Position numbers and translations under genes: made by a program
In this document: piece by piece, positions 37,331 to 40,754 of the stretch
Layout of the letters: every line of letters begins with the position of its first letter
Position numbering within the stretch: position 1 is the first letter of the stretch
Notes under the pieces: model-generated
Told to the model about the DNA's origin: nothing
Databases searched by the model: none
Seen by the model: the letters and a program-made list of their open reading frames with translations, nothing else
Source of the DNA: an uncultured Ectothiorhodospiraceae bacterium
GTDB taxonomy: Bacteria > Pseudomonadota > Gammaproteobacteria > SZUA-152
Direction: 5' to 3'
Length of the DNA: 40,754 bases
NCBI GenBank assembly: GCA_964614545.1
Contig: CAZTPE010000001.1
Coordinates: forward strand, 1-40,754

Positions 37331-37622
37331 CCACAGAGGACACAGAGAGCGAATGCCGTCATTCCGGCGCAGGCCGGAATTCAGCATGGCGTTTGCCGCG
37401 TGCACTGGATTGGCAACTCGTTACACCGCTCTGCGGTGTAACCCTGGACGCATGTGACCCTCATGGGAAGACGTGACGTTTTGCGTCGCAGACCGCAAAA
37501 CATGGCGGCAGGCTGCAGGACAATTGCCCGCAGCCACCCAAGCGGCGCAGAGCGCCACGGGATGTGTGACACCGCGGAGCGGTGTCACAAGTTATAATCA
37601 CCATTCTCTGTGCCTCTGTGAC
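37331..37622. repeat. Composite REP mosaic bracketed by inverted CCACAGAGG(A)CACAGAGA units
   Basis: ccacagaggacacagagagcgaatg (37331-37355) and its inverted relative caccattctctgtgcctctgtgac (37599-37622) enclose GTCATTCCGGCGCAGGCCGGAATTC (37358-37382, ATTCCG-N8-CGGAAT) and two hairpins, gttacaccgctctgcggtgtaac (37420-37442) and gtgacaccgcggagcggtgtcac (37566-37588). Confidence 0.6.
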
Positions 37623-37655
37623 AAAACAAATACCGACAAAACCAATAGGCCTTCA

Positions 37656-38228
37656 ATGAAACTCTTTTCCCGCTTGTACGAACGCGTCATGCACTGGGCG
37701 GAACACCGACATGCGCCGTGGTATCTGGGTGGGCTGAGTTTCGCCGAGTCCTCCTTTTTCCCCATCCCGCCCGACGTGATGCTGGCGCCCATGGCCCTGG
37801 CGCGCACCGACCGGGCCTGGCGCTTCGCCAGCATTACCACTGTTACCTCGGTGCTGGGTGGCATGCTGGGCTACCTCATCGGTTATCTCGCCTTCGGCCA
37901 GATCGAGCCCTGGTTGCAGACCTCCAACTACTGGGACCGCTATCAGCAGGCCGTGGTCTGGTTCGATGAGTGGGGGGTGTGGACCATCTTCATCGCCGGC
38001 TTTTCGCCCATTCCCTACAAGGTCTTCACCATCGCCGCCGGCGCCATCTCCATGGCCTTCCTGCCTTTTGTGCTGGCTTCGGCGGTGGGGCGCGGGGCGC
38101 GTTTCTTCCTCGTCGCCGGGCTGATGAAATGGGGTGGCAAGGCGATGGAAGAGAGGCTGCACCGCTACGTGGACATCCTGGGCTGGCTGGTAGTCGCGCT
38201 GGTGGTCCTGTTCATCGTCCTGCACTGA
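37656..38228 (+). CDS. yqaA: YqaA-family inner-membrane protein (DedA/SNARE-associated superfamily, COG1238)
   Basis: From the ATG at 37656: MKLFSRLYERVMHWAEHRHAPWYLGGLSFAESSFFPIPPDVMLAPMA..., about 190 aa and 4 TM segments. The track ORF start at 37473 would read through the REP mosaic, so I rejected it. Confidence 0.8.
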   Translation: MKLFSRLYERVMHWAEHRHAPWYLGGLSFAESSFFPIPPDVMLAPMALARTDRAWRFASITTVTSVLGGMLGYLIGYLAFGQIEPWLQTSNYWDRYQQAVVWFDEWGVWTIFIAGFSPIPYKVFTIAAGAISMAFLPFVLASAVGRGARFFLVAGLMKWGGKAMEERLHRYVDILGWLVVALVVLFIVLH

Positions 38229-38241
38229 CGCTCACGCCCGG

Positions 38242-39021
38242 ATGTATGCCATTGCAACACAGTTGATACGTCGATGGCTGTTGTTGTCCTCACTGTTGTC
38301 TGCGATATTGTTGACGGGTTGCGGCGCGCATATGCACCACGTCGTCGAACCTGGTGAAACCCTGTATTCCATCGGCTTTCTATATGGCTACGACTATCGC
38401 AAGATCGCGCAATGGAACGGCATCCGCCCACCCTATGGCCTCAATCCCGGGCAGGTTTTGCGCGTGGTGCCGCCGGAGATTGGAACCCCATCGCCCAAAG
38501 TGCGGTCCAAACCGCCGGTACGCAAGCCGGCCCCGGTGGTGGGTCCGGTAAAGGCGAGGCCGCGTGCGGTCGATAGGGCAAGGCCCCCCGTGGCGAAGCC
38601 CATTGCACCATTGCCGGTGAAGCGCCCGAGTGTCAGCTTTCCCAAGAATCCACAGTGGCAATGGCCGGTAAAAAGCCGCAAGGTATTGCAGACATTTTCC
38701 GCGAATGACCCCGGCCGCAAGGGTATCGACATTGCCGGGCAGCGTGGTAATCCGGTTCATGCGGCGGCGGCCGGAAGAGTGGTTTATGCCGGCAGTGGAC
38801 TTGTGAGATATGGTCAGCTTATTATCGTCAAGCACAATGAGAAATATCTTAGCGCATACGCACATAACGATAAGTTGCGTGTTAAGGAGGGAGATGTGAT
38901 AAGGGCCGGCCAGCGAATCGCGGACATGGGCAGCAGCGGCGCCCAGCGTCCCATGCTGCATTTCGAAATCCGCCGCAACGGCAAGCCTGTTAACCCCCTG
39001 CGCTACCTGCCCCAGCGCTGA
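38242..39021 (+). CDS. nlpD: Murein hydrolase activator lipoprotein NlpD (LysM + M23 domain)
   Basis: Lipobox LLTGCGA, LysM (HVVEPGETLYSIGFLYGYDYRKIAQWNGI), Pro-rich linker, C-terminal LytM/M23 domain (GIDIAG..GNPVHAAAAGRVVYAG...IIVKHNEKYLSAYAHN). Directly upstream of rpoS. Confidence 0.9.
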   Translation: MYAIATQLIRRWLLLSSLLSAILLTGCGAHMHHVVEPGETLYSIGFLYGYDYRKIAQWNGIRPPYGLNPGQVLRVVPPEIGTPSPKVRSKPPVRKPAPVVGPVKARPRAVDRARPPVAKPIAPLPVKRPSVSFPKNPQWQWPVKSRKVLQTFSANDPGRKGIDIAGQRGNPVHAAAAGRVVYAGSGLVRYGQLIIVKHNEKYLSAYAHNDKLRVKEGDVIRAGQRIADMGSSGAQRPMLHFEIRRNGKPVNPLRYLPQR

Positions 39022-39048
39022 TTCGGCAAGGCACCAGAAGCGGAAACC

Positions 39049-40098
39049 ATGCGCAATAAAGAAGATGAAGAAGTAAAGCCGGAAATTCGTGAAGTCATGG
39101 ATGACGAGATCGAACTGGCGCCGATGGATGAAATATTCATCGAAGTTGCAGAAACGGCCGTTGCGGAAGAGGTGGGAGAACCCCTGCCGCCCCCCTCCCC
39201 GGTGAAGGACAAGCCCGCCGCGCGTCAGGAACGCCGCCGCGCACAGCGCTCTGACCTCAGTGACCGCGACCTTGACGCCACCCGGCTCTATCTCGGTGAA
39301 ATCGGCTTTTCCCCCCTCCTGAGCGCCGAAGAGGAAGTCACCATCGCGCGCCGTATCCAGAAGGGAGATCAGGATGCGCGCCGGCACATGATTGAGAGCA
39401 ACCTGCGCTTAGTGGTGAAGATTGCGCGGCGTTACCTCAACCGTGGCTTGGCCCTGTTGGATCTCATCGAGGAGGGCAATCTGGGCCTGATCCGTGCGGT
39501 GGAAAAATTCGACCCCGAACGCGGTTTCCGCTTTTCGACCTATGCCACGTGGTGGATCCGCCAGACCATCGAGCGCGGCATCATGAATCAGACGCGCACT
39601 ATTCGCCTGCCCATTCACGTGGTAAAGGAGATTAACGTCTATTTGCGTGCCGCCCGGCACCTGGCGCAGTCGCTGGATCATGAGCCGCGGCCGGAAGAGG
39701 TCGCCAAGATGCTCGACAAGCCCATTGAGGATGTGAAGCGGATGATGGGCCTCAACGAACGTGTGACCTCGGTAGATGTGCCGCTGGGCCGCGACAGTGA
39801 CAAGACCCTCATCGACGCCATCCCTGACGAGTATAACCCCGACCCCTCCGTGCTGCTGCAGGACGAAGACATGCAGCATTGCATCGAGTCATGGCTGGGC
39901 CAGCTTACCGCCAAACAGCGCGAGGTCGTGGAGCGGCGTTTCGGCCTGCGCGGGCTGGATGTGGCCACCCTGGAAGAGGTTGGCAATGCCCTCGGCGTGA
40001 CCCGTGAGCGGGTGCGGCAGATTCAGATCGAGGCCCTCAAACGTCTGCGTGGCGTGATGGAACGCGAGGGTTTTTCGGTGGATACCATACTTAAATAA
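39049..40098 (+). CDS. rpoS: RNA polymerase sigma factor RpoS (sigma-38)
   Basis: 349 aa. Near-identical by eye to Pseudomonas/E. coli RpoS across regions 2-4 ([80 protein letters not shown]). nlpD-rpoS context. Confidence 0.95.
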   Translation: MRNKEDEEVKPEIREVMDDEIELAPMDEIFIEVAETAVAEEVGEPLPPPSPVKDKPAARQERRRAQRSDLSDRDLDATRLYLGEIGFSPLLSAEEEVTIARRIQKGDQDARRHMIESNLRLVVKIARRYLNRGLALLDLIEEGNLGLIRAVEKFDPERGFRFSTYATWWIRQTIERGIMNQTRTIRLPIHVVKEINVYLRAARHLAQSLDHEPRPEEVAKMLDKPIEDVKRMMGLNERVTSVDVPLGRDSDKTLIDAIPDEYNPDPSVLLQDEDMQHCIESWLGQLTAKQREVVERRFGLRGLDVATLEEVGNALGVTRERVRQIQIEALKRLRGVMEREGFSVDTILK

Positions 40099-40116
40099 CA
40101 GGACTGACTAAATAAC

Positions 40117-40169
40117 AGGACTGAGGACTAAGTGTAGACTCCTCAGTCCTCAGTCCTCAGTCCGTTTTT
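40117..40169. terminator. Bidirectional terminator built from AGGACTGAGG repeat units
   Basis: aggactgagga (40117-40127) pairs perfectly with tcctcagtcct (40140-50), or with gtcctcagtcc (40153-63), which is followed by GTTTTT. It lies just after the rpoS stop and overlaps the 3' end of the convergent gene. Confidence 0.6.
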
Positions 40170-40593
40170 CAGTCCTGTCCTTATCCGTGATCAATCCCGC
40201 CACCACATTCCTGCCCTCGTTCATGAGGATGTTGTAGGTCCGGCAGGCGGCTGCCGTGTCCATGACTTCCACGCCGATCTGCCGTGAGGTCAGTTCGGCG
40301 AGGATCTCCGTGTTGGGGAAATCCAGCGTTTCTCCTGTTCCCAGCAATACCACCTCCGGCGCCAGCGCCACGATGGCCTGCAGGTGTTCCGCCAGCAGCT
40401 CGCCGAGGCTGTTGGGCGCCCAGTCGTCGATGAGCTGTTTGGGGCTGATGATGCAACTGCGGGTGAGGGTTCTGACCTCCACCGGTTGCGGCTTGTCGGC
40501 CTCTAAGTTGGCCGGCAGGGTGATGTTGATCGCGCCCGGACTGTAGGCGCGGATGCTGTAGGAGGTGAAGTCCCGTTCCTGATTGAATTTCAT
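40150..40593 (-). CDS. Mth938-like domain protein (DUF498 / NDUFAF3-like)
   Basis: From the ATG at 40593: MKFNQERDFTSYSIRAYSPGAINI..., conserved core VVLLGTGETLDFPNTEILAELTSRQIGVEVMDTAAACRTYNILMNEGRNVVAGLI. The track ORF extends to 40719, but that N-terminus looks non-coding. Confidence 0.7.
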   Translation of the reverse strand: MKFNQERDFTSYSIRAYSPGAINITLPANLEADKPQPVEVRTLTRSCIISPKQLIDDWAPNSLGELLAEHLQAIVALAPEVVLLGTGETLDFPNTEILAELTSRQIGVEVMDTAAACRTYNILMNEGRNVVAGLITDKDRTEKRTED

Positions 40594-40700
40594 GTAGTTT
40601 CTCGAATGCGCGGCGGCGGTGTTGGTTTCATGGCCAAGGGGCCTGCGGGTGCGGTATACTTTGTGCCTTTTTTGCGCACCGGATTGTTGGCTTTCTACGC

Positions 40701-40754
40701 ATGTTTGACGAATTTCCAAGAATAAAACGCCTGCCCCCCTACGTTTTCAATATT
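40701..40754 (+). CDS. Class I/II aminotransferase, first 18 codons only (continues beyond the window)
   Basis: atg ttt gac gaa ttt cca aga ata aaa cgc ctg ccc ccc tac gtt ttc aat att = MFDEFPRIKRLPPYVFNI. From memory, the RLPPYVF N-terminus is typical of COG0436 aminotransferases. Too short to be sure. Confidence 0.5.
   Translation, partial: MFDEFPRIKRLPPYVFNI

Noticed and set aside
37473-37655. N-terminal extension of the yqaA ORF back to 37473, as in the track's 251-aa ORF.
   Set aside because: The extension translates the REP mosaic (Ala/Gln/Cys-rich, no TM or conserved residues). The YqaA-type N-terminus begins at the ATG at 37656.

Overview
GC-rich proteobacterial chromosome segment, gammaproteobacterium-like in gene order and apparently from a sulfur-oxidising chemolithotroph. 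Left edge: partial pepA, divergent from lptF-lptG. A visibly more A+T-rich block follows (about 3.4-19.4 kb; judged by eye, not computed). It holds a minus-strand three-gene island (MalT-like STAND/LuxR regulator, 93-aa unknown, MDR quinone oxidoreductase), soxB, and soxXYZA, which is separated from soxB by a terminator plus a MITE-like repeat. It also holds a BepA-like M48/TPR protease, a tusA-dsrE2-like sulfur-relay pair, two divergent FadL-family outer-membrane channels and an orphan secreted 300-aa protein. The right part is GC-rich core: sucCD, nadE-glnB, bamD divergent from rluD-pgeF, a ZIP transporter, ACT protein-def-ispF, truD, surE-pcm-nlpD-rpoS, a Mth938-like gene and the first 18 codons of an aminotransferase. 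That conserved block is interrupted by two chemoreceptor genes plus smrA on the opposite strand, and by yqaA. I recognised no rRNA, tRNA, CRISPR array or transposase. Intergenic spacers carry at least five families of palindromic REP/MITE-like repeats, often nested. The best candidates for something undescribed are (1) the tusA-dsrE2 + paired FadL channels + orphan secreted protein cluster and (2) the STAND/LuxR + 93-aa + oxidoreductase island. Both are hypotheses. The most unusual observation read directly from the sequence is that bamD has no canonical start codon.
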